This document shows positions 41,483-54,160 of a stretch of DNA of 64,000 nt, piece by piece. The first letter of the stretch is position 1. Every line of letters starts with the position of its first letter. The notes under the pieces were generated by a model. The model worked only from the letters and a program-made list of their open reading frames with translations, was not told the origin of the DNA and ran no database searches. A program made the translations under genes and the position numbers. The stretch is from Geosiphon pyriformis uo1 (lineage: Eukaryota > Fungi > Glomeromycota), in the NCBI GenBank assembly GCA_016748015.1, contig JAAOMT010000094.1:128520-192519 (forward strand), given 5' to 3'.

Positions 41483-42440
41483 TATTATTTATACAAAAAA
41501 GGAAAGCTAGAAAAACAGATAAAAAAATAAATCAATAGAAGAATAGTACTTAATACATAAGCATAATATCAGAAAACTATGACATATTGCTAGCAAATTA
41601 TAGCATATTGTTCAGCAATATAAGCAATGTCAATAAATTAAAACACACTGTTTAATAATATAAGCAATATCAGTAAATTAAGACATATTGCTTATAAAAA
41701 TATAAAATCTTGTAAAACAAGAAATATATATATATAGCAAGAGTATCAAATACAGAAAAAACAGAATTGAGACAACAATTCATCTTAGAATCAATACTTA
41801 TAATCAATTATTTATCTTATTTTTTTTTCTTCAAAAAGTAGTTTTCTATAACTTAAAGCAAAATCAAATCACATATTAATAAAATATCAATTACCATTTG
41901 AATTTATATTATCATTGCTTAATTAAAAAAATATTAAACATTTTTACTCTATTAACACTCTATATTAATAAAATTTAATACTTGAATATATTAGACCAAT
42001 AGCTCTTAATTACAGCTATTGATGAGATATTAATTTCTTGATTTTTTTTCATTTTCTTTTATATTTTATTATTATTATTTTGTTTGTTTTGTTGATTTAC
42101 TAATTGATTAAAGGAATTAAATATTGAGTATTTTGATATTAAGAATAGTCTGGTAAAAGACCTAAAAATAAGAATATAAAACTCGAAAATTAAGAATAGC
42201 TTACCAGAAAAGCATAACTACTAGAATAAACTAATTATTACACTGAAGAAAGAAATTGATAGAATAACCATTTTAAAAAACTACAGAAACAACTATTGAA
42301 TTTCTGTTTATTATACAAAAAACTCTACCAAAATCTTCAGATCATGAAAATTTTTAGATATTACCAACACCATTTAGCTATTAAGCACCAAGTTATAGAT
42401 TTGTTATTTATATTAACACCCCAAGTAATCAACTGTAATA
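41483..42440 (+). repeat. 3' LTR of Gypsy-2
   Basis: Follows the PPT; termini TATT...AATA are TGTT...AACA after G>A and C>T. Confidence 0.92.
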
Positions 42441-45105
42441 ATACATATCTTGTAATATTAATCAAAGTTTTCTATTCTTTTCCAGAGCATCTTTAACAAC
42501 TGACCCAATGGCAAAAATAGGAAATTAAGTTAAAGTACTTTTTAACACTAAAAAGTTGTTATCATAAAAAACATTAAATTTGCTGTATACTAATAATATT
42601 TAATCAGAAAAAATCTTGAATAAGATTTTCTGAGCTGTTTTAATTAGTGCAATAGATTTAGTATTTATCAAAACACTATTCTATTTATAAGACTTTGGAA
42701 TTATTGAAACTTATGCTCTTTTCCAATGAATTGGAACCACATCCAAAATCAAACAAAAATTCAATAACCTTAAAAGACAATCCAACATCTTTTTATCATA
42801 ATGTTTTCAAAGTTCATTATATATCTCTGACAATTTGGCAGCTTTATTATTTGGCAAATTATCAACAGCCACAGTCAACTCTTTCATATTAATCTTTTCT
42901 ATTACACCAGAAAAAACATTATTATTTATATAATCTAAAAGCATATATTAACAAGACCAAAAATTAGGCATTCTTGGAAATACTGACTGTTTTTTTGTCT
43001 ATCCTTCCATAATTACATTAACGCTGAGCTTTACTTTATTAAGCTCTACTACCAGTTCATTTTTTGCCACTAAATAATTCAAAACAACTTTGTAAGATGG
43101 TTTTTTCAAAATACTTTTTATTATTCAATCTTTATTAGAACAGAAATTTTTCATGTATTGTTCAATTGTCTTCTTAATAGCTGTATTTTTAGATGCTTTT
43201 GATTTATAATACTTAGATTTTTGATACTTCTTTCTTATTATTGACAAATGCTTAACTAACTCAATTGAGCATATATTACTTTGAATTATGTCAGTAATCA
43301 TAAATGTTTTAATAACATCAATAAACAACCAAACTCTAATAAAATAGTTGAATTTTAACAAATTTTCTGAGTTCCACTTCTTTATGATCTTTGCAATAAG
43401 TAATTTCAATTTAAAAAATTTCAAAGATTGTTTGTTCTTCAAACAATCATACTTACTATACCAATACCTAAAAAATATCACATTAGCAGCATATGTTATG
43501 ATCTCTTTTAGTATCTTTTACATTATATTCAAGTTACTATAAGTATATGTCTTTTTAAACATATTTAAATTTGCCAATAATCTATTAGAAAATAGCTTTT
43601 TAAACTGTATTTACTTAGCATTATTTGTATCTTTTAGCTTAAACTTCCACTAATCTTTATTAGTTTGCTTATAAATACTACTAAGACAAACATTCAAAAA
43701 ACTACTTAAACTAATTAATATTGAAACTGTCTTATGATTAGTGTTAGAAAATTCTGTTACAACATTAATTTTATAACATGTTATTGCAGATGTCAAGTTT
43801 CCAATCACAAAAATAAAATTCAACACCTTTTTAACTCTTCTAAAGTTGCTTTAAATAGAAGTCTTAGCTAATAGATGTCCATTATATATATTAACTAAAC
43901 TTAAATCCAAACAGAACTTGAAACTTACACTCTTTTTGGAACTATTTTTATTAAAGTTACTACTCCAAACCATGAATAAGCTAGAATTAACTACTTTAGA
44001 AATCATAAAGTTAATATTAAAAGCTTGATTAAACTATGTACTAATAAACACACCAGAATATAAATTCAGAATAGTAACTAAAAGCTTGCTTTTGAATAAA
44101 AGACATATTAAAATCAACTAATTCAGGATTTTATTTACTTTTGAAACATGTTGAACTAGAGAACCATTTATAATTATGACAATACTAACACCAAAAAAAC
44201 TCTTATCCAAATCAGAAGTAAAAATTTGAACTTCATCAAACTTATTTGTAATTTATGGCCTAATTTTAGATCTCAACTTCATTTTAATAATAATAAAAAC
44301 CATATTACCAGAATCCATATGCCAACAAACAATGTTTTTTTGCTTGGCAGGAACATTAAGATTTTTAACATTACAAATAGCAATCTTTCAAACCAGATTT
44401 GTTATTGAGAAAAAAAATCTTTTACACTCAAACTAAAATTGTCTATCTTGGTCATTAAACTCATAAATATAGTTAATAAATTGTTCATATTCTTCTCTAA
44501 TTTTGAAACAAACATTTAATCAAAAATTACCATTCTTATAACAATTTTACTATTAGTAACTACACCCAAACTCTTACTTATTACTATATTCACCCCTTAA
44601 TTTTGTAATGAAGAAGTTACTAACAGTTAATATCTAAGACTAGACTAAGAAACTGTTGATCCAAGTGCATTCAACTTCTTAGCCAGCTTATTAACCTGTT
44701 CTACAAGACTGGCAAAACTGCACTTAAGAATAACAAACTTATTATTCATATTTAAAGAAGCCAGTAGAAGAGGTTTTATATTTAAGAATAAACCAGCACT
44801 AGAAAAAACCAAAAAAATCACATAATAAATAAAATCACCAGCAATTTAAGTCCAAGTTTTACTACCAAAAAAAACTGGATAAGCAATTGGCATCTGCTTT
44901 TTTTTATATATGTTGGCTAAATAAAATTAATTTTGAGAACTGATCACATATTTATCATACTTACCAAAATTTTTACCTATTGAACACATATTAGAAACAT
45001 GACCAAATTGTTTGCACTGTGCACAACAAGTCAATGAGAGACCAGTCCAGCACAAATTTACACTTTTAAAAACTAAAACAGAACCAATAGCAGCAATTTA
45101 GATGT

Positions 45106-45814
45106 TGTTACAGGAGTGTTTTCTTGGTATATTTTAATTGTTGATATCTCGTTTTAATTGCAATCAGTCTCTTGTAAGTTCTTTAATTTTATGTATTGGA
45201 TATTAATAATAATATACTGAAGGTTTTTTCTTAATGTTGTAATATAAGTTTTTTTTTTAATTCTAGTTGTCTTTGTATGTTGTGTACTTCTTTTTAAAGA
45301 CTAATCTGAAATTTATCTGCTGTCTGGAGTTTTCTCTGAAGCTATCTTTGCAATTGCTTGATGTGTTTCTCTAATCTAGAAACACGAAATGTTAATGGCC
45401 TTTTTGTGATTTTCTTAAGTATATAATAAAGCTTTTTCAATTTAATTAATAATTACGTGAATAATCTTAATCAGGGATTATTCTTCTAAAGGGTTCAAAG
45501 ATAGAATAATAGTTTCATTTGCTAAAAAGAGTATGTAAATTCTATTGTTAATCTTGTAATTGTGATGTTAATTCAATTTATTATTTTTATTAATTCTTTT
45601 TGAATAAGATTTTATTTAGATATTTGTTGTTTTGAGTTAAAACTTGTTCAATTTTTTATCATTAAAACTATTATAAAATAGTGCTTATTGCTATTGCACA
45701 GTAGTGTTTGCTGTTATTTGTAAATCATTTCTTTTTATAAATTGTTGCTGTGCTATTTCATAATTGGCTAATTTATATTATTTATAATTCTTATTAAATT
45801 CTTGAACTGTAACA
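45106..45814. mobile_element. Solo LTR (709 bp) of another family, inserted in ORF1 of LINE relic 2, perfect 4-bp TSD ATGT
   Basis: Termini TGTTACAG...CTGTAACA (8-bp inverted repeat); ATGT at 45102-45105 and 45815-45818; LINE ORF1 homology resumes on both sides. Confidence 0.85.
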
Positions 45815-47199
45815 ATGTCTTATTAGTAAAACAAACTACTGCACATTTGTTATGTATATAAAAATTCAGATTATGGTCAATAAAACAGGTTTTTTTATTA
45901 TATAACTTCAATAAATTAAAAAAATCATGAGCAACAGTGCTTATAAGCAAAGTATATAACAAAGCTTAGTAAAAATCTCTGAAAACCCATAACTGTTTGT
46001 TATTAATTATCAAAGCCACATGTACAGAATTTTTTCTTATGAAAACTGACTATTTGAAAGTAACCAAACTGACAATATTTGATGACTTAAACTTAACTAA
46101 AACTTTTTGTCAAAGATCAATTAACTGTATTTTAATTGAAATTATCTTACCAAATTTGGAAAAAACAGATTTTACAACCGATTTTAGAAGATTGACTAGA
46201 ATTTTCTTGATAATAACTCCTAATTTGTATAGTGTTTTGGTTTTCTAATGTTATTATTGACCAAAATTTTTTTACTAATTGCCAATTTTTTTGTCTTTTT
46301 TAAATTCAACTCAGATATAAAAGAAGATTTAATTATCTCAGAAAGTTTTAAAAAAGTAAAGGCTTCCCTAAAACCATCAACATAATAAAAATTTTTTTTA
46401 TAGCAATCAACTTATTATTAATAGTTTTGTTGAGCACAGCAGACAACTTAATATCTAATGCAAACAATTTAATAGGCTCAAAATTTTACTTTTATAGAAT
46501 ATGTAACTTAATTAATTACAATTGTTTAGAACCAACAAACTTAGAAGACAAAAGCACCAAAACATTGTTTTTATTACTTATATTAATAAATAAAAGCACT
46601 TTTAGAGAGTGGTCTAATATATACATTCAAATACAAGTTTTTTTTAACATAGTTTTATCTATATGTTTATTGTCTATTGAAGCATTTAAATCTACATAAT
46701 TTGTTTTTTTAGCAATTGTATTTTTCATATTTTTAATATTTAAAAGACCATTAATGCTACTTGCAATACTACCAATGTTGTTTTTTCAAAACATCACTGG
46801 TTTGATGCCAATTCTACCAATATTTTTTAGATTCAAAGAGCCAGTAAACAAGTTAATTACACTATTAATTACAGACTTCTTGGATTTTTTGTATAATATA
46901 TTATAAGAGTAGATGCTTTTTACATGTTTCTTTTTGGGACTTGGATAGATCTCCAAACTGATCAAACCAGAACTAAAACTACCAACAAACATGTTTATTG
47001 GTTTTATTACAACAAAAGAATTTGTATAAAAAAAAATAACTAAAGAGAACAAAAAAAAATGAGGAAGAAAAAGCTAGTTTTTTAATAAGTTTTCTATTTT
47101 TATTATGGCCAGAAGATTGACAAAAAAAAAACTTTTTATTAAATTTACTTTTAATTTTTTTTAATTTAACTTAATTAATATTACAAATAACTTTATAAA

Positions 47200-47522
47200 T
47201 TATTTGAAAGGTTTTTTAAAGATTTAATTAATGAAGTTTATTATATAATAGAAAATACTTAGTATTTTGATTTTTTTAACATAGTAATTACTTTATTATA
47301 ATGTTTTTTAACTTTTTAATAAGCAATTCTAGTTTTTAACTATATTTTATACTTTTTTTTAACATTTTTTATTAGACAATTCTTGATATTAGAATTTTAA
47401 TAAACACATAACAAAATTCAAAAAAATAAAATAAAAATAAAAAATTAGTATTTTATTAATAACCATAATTAAAAACTATTGTTTTAATATTGTTAATAAT
47501 ATTGTATTAATATTATTTATGT
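47200..47522 (-). mobile_element. Degraded LTR fragment (Gypsy-2-related), interrupted by the young LINE; probably continues at ~54297-54700
   Basis: 47318-47486 aligns with the reverse complement of 32840-33035. 54500-54630 has aattct-type short repeats like those at 31290-31420. Confidence 0.65.
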
Positions 47523-47682
47523 AAAAATAGTATTAAAAAAAAAACTTCTTTCTCTCGTTCCTCCACAAATCCTAAAAAAAGAGTCAAAAGTTTTTTGGAA
47601 GAAGTTTTTTACCATTCAGTACAATAAATTCAAACTATTTCTGCTTAATTACGAGGCTGTTGTTGGCTCTAGTATTGCTGTC

Positions 47683-49476
47683 ATGAAACAGACAGTTAAA
47701 AGTTCTGGCTCTGAGGGTGGTTTCAAGGCTGTTCTGTCAAAGAAAAAGAGAAGAGGCGGTGTTCTTGAGGACAATGCTGGTGCTGAAGAGGGTTCTGCTA
47801 GGGTGCATAGTGGTCATTCATGAGGTTCGGAGACTAGTGATACCACAGAATCTGACAGCGTTGATATGGAAGAGGAATGTCTTGTTGAAGAGACGAGTTT
47901 TGATTATGATGAAGGTGGTGCGCTCGTTGGTGGAGATTTGGATCAAATGCCGAAAGATTCATAGTTGACAACTAGGAAAGCATTGGGAAAACCTTTAGGA
48001 AAGATTGACTTCCTGGATGACAATGATAAAGATGATATTCTTCTGGATACTCCTCTGGTGCTTTCCCCTTCTCTTAAGAACCTGATCAATGTTTTGGTTA
48101 GGAAATCATTTGCTTTGGATTTAGATCTGAAAGTGGTAGAAGGAAATTTGGTTCAGGATAAGCTCAAGAAGATCAGAAGTTTATTTTCTGGAATTAATGG
48201 TTTTGGGGGGGCGTCTACTTTCTCAAAATTCTCAGGGATCATCAGGGCGACATTCACTTCCGAATCAGGTCTAATGAAGGCCACTGAAAAGACTACTGGT
48301 GCAAATATTATGGTAAACACCGATCTTAAGAGATCATCTGGGCAATCCGATCGGGCTGTGGTCGTGAAAGAAATTCCAATTAGAACATCAGCTGAGGCTG
48401 TGCGCACTGCGCTATCCGAGTTTGGAGTTAATAAGGCGATCAAGATGCAGTTGATCGGGCTGTGGCAGAAGGCAATAGTAGAATTCAAACAATCGGATCA
48501 AGCTGATTTGGCCACAGCTGAGTGGTCCATCTTAATCGGAAAAGATGCTGTATGTGTGGCTAGGGCTAATTCAGACAAGGAAGCTTGGGATGTAAGGGAC
48601 CAACATAGAGTGCTGCTTTACACATTGCCGATGGAGACCACTGCTCATAATATCTGGGACTTTGTTAGATCTGTGGGTGAGAAAACTTGCATCATTGATC
48701 ATCATTCTATTACGTATGCTCAGGCCAGGTGTGCTACTGTTTGTTTTGACTCTGCTGAATCATTAGATGCTGCTGTGGGAACCACACCAGTACTTAGGAA
48801 CACCAATCTCCATTGGTCTTGCCTCATTTCTGCTAAATGCACCAAATATGAGAAATTAGGTCACATATCATTGAGTTGTGCAGTTGGTGAAAAATTACCT
48901 TCTGGTAGTTCACTGCGTAGGGTTTTCTCGGATATGGATAAAAGCAGGCTAGCAACCATCTATGCCAAACGCTCGGCTCCAGTTGCCCGTCCGGTTTTTT
49001 TTGGTGGTCTCTCTTGGGTAAAGGTTGCTCGCAGGTGTTCTTCGCCCCCCCTCTCTGGTCAGAACGTTGTAGTGAATAATGGCTCCTCTTCGGAGATGAA
49101 GCCGTCCCTACAGGTAGCGATGGAAGTCAACGATAGGTTCGCTGCTCTTGAGTGCAATCTCGCCAGCCTCGCGGAGCAAGTTGGTAAGCTGGCTAAGAGG
49201 TTGGATGCATTTGGGCCAACAGTTCCCCAGTCTAGTCTTGGATGTCAGCCATTGGTGACCCTTTCATCACAGGATCAAGGGGCGGATGTAATGATGAGTG
49301 AGGGTTCAGGTGTGTCTACTAGTGGTGGGAATGTCACGGGAGCAGTGTCTTTTGATGTGTCTTTGGTGTCTAAGCTGGAAGACAGCATAAAGTGTCTAAT
49401 AGAGACGGTTCTGGGCCTTTCAGCCAAAGTGGATAGTATAGATGCACTTTCGATGTCTCTACTCCTCACCCAATGA
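47683..49476 (+). pseudogene. LINE ORF1 (gag-like, decayed CCHC knuckle, C-terminal coiled coil); 503-aa open stretch with an interrupted 5' end
   Basis: ORF 47965-49476 with KCTKYEKLGHISLSC (CxxCxxxxHxxxxC with C>Y) and RFAALECNLASLAEQVGKLAKRL. Upstream stops and a frameshift; start approximate. Confidence 0.8.
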
Positions 49477-52400
49477 GCAGTTTAGTCTGGAAAGTTGCTA
49501 TGTGCAACGTCAGGGGCATGAACAATCCCGCTAAGCAAGAGGACATTATTAGGTGACATAAGGAAATAAACAATTTGGTCTCTATTGTTACTGAAACGAA
49601 ATTAAGAAGTAGGGTTCGTCCATGGATTGCAGACAAGTTCAATGGTGTTCGAGTATTTACTTCTGGTTTGAACTCTGGGCACTTGGGTGTGGGTGTTGCT
49701 GTTGTTATGGATGTTTCTTTGGTTCATTATATGTGCAAGATTTCTGAAGTGCCTGGTCAGCTCCTTTCTATTAAATTACTTTTCGAGGGTAAACTTTCTG
49801 TGTCAATTTTGGAGCTTTATGCTGGTGTTTCTTCAGTGGTTCAGTTTTCTCAGGCTGGTGAGATCAATTCTCTCATTGCGAAGGCTGTCAATGAATCTTC
49901 TTTCATCATTCTCGGTGGCGATTTCAATGAAGATGGCTCTTATAAAAGTGCGAGTTTCAAAAGATGCTTTGATTTGGGTCTGGTCAATTCTTTAGTTGGT
50001 AGTCCGGCTGCAAAAATACCCACTTGGGAAAATTCTAGGGGTGTTAAGAAAACAATTGATTATGTGTTTGTCTCCCCGAGTCTTGTCAATGCGATAGTGT
50101 GTCGTGAAGTTTTGAATGTCAGTGAGCATTTTGACACGGACCATCAAACTGTTTCAGTGGATTTGGGTTTGGGCAGGCTCCTGGATACGTGTTTGAATTC
50201 TCTTCGCAAGCAAGCGAATAAAGACCGTTGGAAGTTTGACGTCAATAGTGTCAGTAAAGCTAAGTGGTTGGAGTTCAGGGATGCCTCAGCTGCTAATGTC
50301 TTTATGTTCTCGGATGCTTTTGGTGTGGCAGTAAGATTTTCTGACGTGGATGCTATGTGGGACATTGTTCGCAAGATTATGGTTCTTTTAGCGGGTGGTA
50401 CATTTAAAAAAAAATGGTTTAAAGGTTTTGATGGCATGTTTACCAAGACTTCTTCTAGGTTTCACAAGCTGGAGCTGCTGGTTTCTAAGTTGGTTAAGGC
50501 TTTGCGTTTGGCTTCTAGTGATGGTTTTGCTTCCTTGTTGGAGGTGTGGCACAGACTCGACTCCCCTGGTGCATTAGCGGTTAAGTCTCTGTTTCTTTCA
50601 GGTTCTAATTTTGATCTTGTTCGTTCTGCACTGGCCAAAGCAAGAAAATCATACCACTTATTCAAATTTGTGAAATCCAAGCGCGCAGAGGAATCATCGA
50701 TCAAGCAGGCTATTGGTAAGAGGATGGAGAGTTTTGAGCTGAACAAGGGTCACACCATTAGGAGTGTGTTGGAGCGTTTTTTTTGCAAGGTGGTCCTGGA
50801 TTATTTGGTTGTAGAAGATGAGTTGATTTTAGAGCCTGTGTTGGTTAAGTCTAAGGTGGACGAAATTATGGAGGGATGGACCAGAAAATGTGAGGTGGTG
50901 TTTGACTTGTCTAAGGATTGGGCTCGTCAATATTAGCCTCTGGATTACGTGTTCAATGGTGCTTTCTCTGATGTCATGTGTTCGATTAGTTTTGATGAGT
51001 TGTCAGCTGTTGTTAAGAATCTTCCTGATGGAAAAGCGGCTGGTCTTTCTGGTATCTCCAATGAATTATGGAAACATTGTGACAAATCTGTTTTGGATAT
51101 GCTTTTGGTGCTCTTGAATTTCTGTTTGGTTGGCGAGTCAGTCCTTGGGTCTTGGAGAGAAGCTTGGATTTCGATGATTCCTAAACCATATGAATGGGAG
51201 GGTGTCTTCATAAACACCTGTCTTATAGCTTTAATTGAAATGGCCTGCAAGATTCTCTCCAAGATCCTTTCAGATAGGATCTCTCTGGCTTGCAGCACTT
51301 TTGATGTTCTTCGTGAGGACAATTTTTCGGTTTTGAAGGGTATGACGACGCAGTCTCCCATTTTTGCTATCAGTTCTGTGGTTGAGGATGCCTTGAAGAA
51401 GAACTGTGAACTTTGGCTGGTTTTACAGGACATGCACAAGGCTTATGACTCAGTTGGTTGGAAACATCTTAGGAGGAGTCTAGTCAGGATCAAAATGTGT
51501 GACAGGTTTATTAGATTTTTTGGCAGTATTCACAATGGTTGCATCAACAGAGTAATGACTGACTTTGGCTTAACTGATGGGTATTGTGTCCACGATGGGC
51601 TGGACCAAGGAGAAGTCTTCTCACCTCTTCTCTGGCATATTTTTTATGATTCACTTTTGTTGAGGTCAAGAGACAGGATAGTGTGTATGGCTACAAGTTG
51701 AATTCTAATTTCATATCAAAAACCGGCCGGGCAGATCCTCAAGCTGGGCTGTCTTCATTTCTTGCTGCTGGCGCTTTTGTCGATGATACTATTTGGGTTG
51801 GTAGCAGCCAGGCTGCTACACAACGCATCCTTGATATTGCTAGTGAGTTTTTTAGATTTAACGATATTTCTATAAACAATGACAAAACGGTGGCCATCCC
51901 CATCAATTGCTGGGTGCTGGATCCCCATTTAACTATCAGTGGTGTGCTTATTTCCATTGCCAAGAGAGGGGAATCTTATCGCTATTTGGGTATTTTTTTG
52001 TCTTCAGAGGGTTTTTTGAAGCCTAGCTTGGCTAAAGCTCAGGCTGATGTACGGTTTTTTGTGAATCTTGTTTTGAGAAAAGCGATTTTGGACAAACAGT
52101 GTGCATATTTGGTGTCTGCAGTTCTTTTCCCTATCGTCAGCTACAGGACCCAGTTCAGTTTCATTTTTGTTGGTGTGTGTAATAAATGGGATGCTTTGGT
52201 ACGCAAGGTCTTAAAGTCCAAGTCTGGATTGTCACGCAATTTTCTCAGTGATGCACTTCATCACCCCTCTTTGTACAATTTAAAAACTTTCGAACAGATC
52301 CAGGCTGAGAGTAAATCGGCCTCCGTTGTTGCTTTTGCAAATTCTACTGGTGTCTTGGGTCACTTGTTTTCTCATAGGTCTCATGACCTTCAGGTTCTCA

Positions 52401-54160
52401 GCTAGCGTTCTCGTCATCCCTTGCTGTTTCCGGCTCATGTTGGTATCAGTCCCTTAAATAATTTTTTGGCGGGTGTGGTTCACATTTTTTCTGGGTGTGA
52501 TTTGTCTTTGGGAGGCCCTCTAGCTTGTGCTTTTCGTCGTCGGCACGGTACTCCTATGTCTTTGGTTCTTGGTGAATCCTGTTTTTTCAAGTGCGTCTCT
52601 TCACTCAGGCATTATGGAGTTGCTTTCATGGAACAGCTTCATGACCATAATGGTGATGTTTTCAGTTGGGGGACTTTCAGGTGCTGAAAAAGGCTGGACT
52701 CTCGTGGCCCAGTCCCTTTCTGGTTTAATCTTTCTGTTCGCTTTCTTGGTAACATTGTGTCTCTCTTCTCAAGTTTTTCTTTGGTAGATGGTCATGCTGT
52801 GTCTAATATTCATCTTTCTTATGATTTTGGTGTGATTTGTGACACTTTGCCGACCATTGATACTGCCTGCCTTTCTGTGTATATGGATGGATCTCTTTCT
52901 GGCCTGGGCACTGTTGATATGAGAGCAGGTGCTGCCATTTTTTTTGAGGACATTAAATTGGGTTTGGGTGTAGGGGTGTCTGGTTTGGTTTCTTTTACTC
53001 TGACAGAACTGCAAGCCATAGCTTTGGCCCTTGAGTGTGTTCCCTTTTTTCGCTCAATTGACTTGTTCTTGGATAGCCAGGCTGCTTTGGATGCATGTAG
53101 GTCGAAGTCTTTGCTGGCTCATCTAGATTTCAGGAACTGCTGTTGGATTGAGCATCGTCATATTGCCACCGTCATTCATCAAAAGAATTTGGATGTGAAT
53201 TGGGTTAAGATGAAAAGTTATTCAGGTGTCTCAGGCAATGAGCATGCTGATATGCTTGCCAAAGGCGCTGCTCTCTCTGTTTGGCACCTACCTCATTTAG
53301 TCAGTGAACGTTTTTTATGTGCTGGTGATATGGCAGTTTCTGGTAACTCTAGACACTTTGTTCGTGATGTTTTCCAGTCAGTTCATCGAGCTCATTGGGA
53401 GATTGGAATTGGTTTTCGTGTTGTGGATGATAGTTTACATGCTGATATCAATTGGTCTAAGTCTTCTATGGTGTGGCACCCCAATTCTCATTTGACATCC
53501 GGTTTTACCAGCATGCACACAGCAGGCTGTTGTACTTACTTTATGAAGGCTCTCCATCATCAGCTTCCTGTTGCAGTGCGAAAGCATTTATATGATAGTA
53601 GATACCCCAGTGTGGTCTGTCTGTTCTGTGGTGATGTTGAGACTTCAGATCATGTCTTTTTGTGTCCTCAGGACACCGTTGGCCGTGCTCGTTTGTTGGG
53701 CGCACATGCTTCGGCTTGGAAGACTCTTTCTGGTCTTTCTCGCTCTTCTTCATGTGTCTCACAGGCCTTGGCTTCTTGTGTTTCTGAGGTTGAAGTTGGT
53801 ATTGCTCTGTATAAGGGCTTTGTTTTTGATGAATGGTTTCGTGAGTCTGTCTCGGTCTTTAAAGATTCTAAAGAAGGTGCTAAGAGGATTGTGAGCTTTG
53901 TGCATGAGTTTTGTCTAGCATTTCGGGATGATGTTTGGTTGGTCCGGGCTAGACACCAAACATTTATGGAAAGGCACAGTTTGATTCCACGTGATGGCTC
54001 TGCTCCTGTTTCAGTTTCTGGTTTGCCTATGGTGTTTTTGGCTGGTGTGGTCAGATTGCTGGAGGTGGCTGAGGCTTTTGGAGTTGGTTTCGGGTTTCGT
54101 AAGTTTTGTCCATTTTTTTCAGATATTGGAGATCCAGTTTCTGTACATATAGGTGTATAG
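49473..54160 (+). pseudogene. LINE ORF2: APE endonuclease - reverse transcriptase - RNase H - Zn knuckle, with a few stops and a frameshift
   Basis: CNVRG, TETKL, GGDFNE, IDYVF, DTDH; QDMHKAYDSV, GLDQGEVFSPLL, AFVDDT, YRYLG; VYMDGSL, ELQAI, DSQAAL, SGVSGNEHAD; CLFCGDVETSDHVFLC. Confidence 0.93.

Larger units (their letters stand above)
32331..42440 (+). mobile_element. Gypsy-2: full-length (~10.1 kb) Ty3/Gypsy LTR retrotransposon with dUTPase, hypermutated
   Basis: LTRs 32331-33270 and 41483-42440, PBS TGGTGCTTC, PPT AAAAAAGAGGAAA (~41467-41479). gag ~34350-34900, CCHC knuckle CHYCNKQKHLKIDC ~35090, protease LILNSGLVGSII ~35780, Cys-rich region ~36270-36890, dUTPase ~37120-37535, RT (VYLNDTNV) ~38030-38760, RNase H ~38990-39360, integrase ~39600-40620. 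Degenerate TSD ATAT/ATAC. Confidence 0.92.
28641..47075 (-). mobile_element. LINE relic 2, full length (~6.8 kb) but split into four pieces: 28641-30664, 31486-32330, 42441-45105, 45815-~47075
   Basis: Reading frames rejoin across each insertion: LY|GLKGFKQIQSE, LILQDM|YKAY and ORF1 VCFTNK|TSKLxAIG. The ORF1/ORF2 junction is at ~44404 (caATAAca). The 3' UTR matches the young LINE. The outer ends are approximate. Confidence 0.85.

Noticed and set aside
45106-45814. MITE/DNA transposon interpretation from the 8-bp inverted termini
   Set aside because: TGT...ACA ends and a 4-bp TSD match the other LTRs here, so a solo LTR is more parsimonious.
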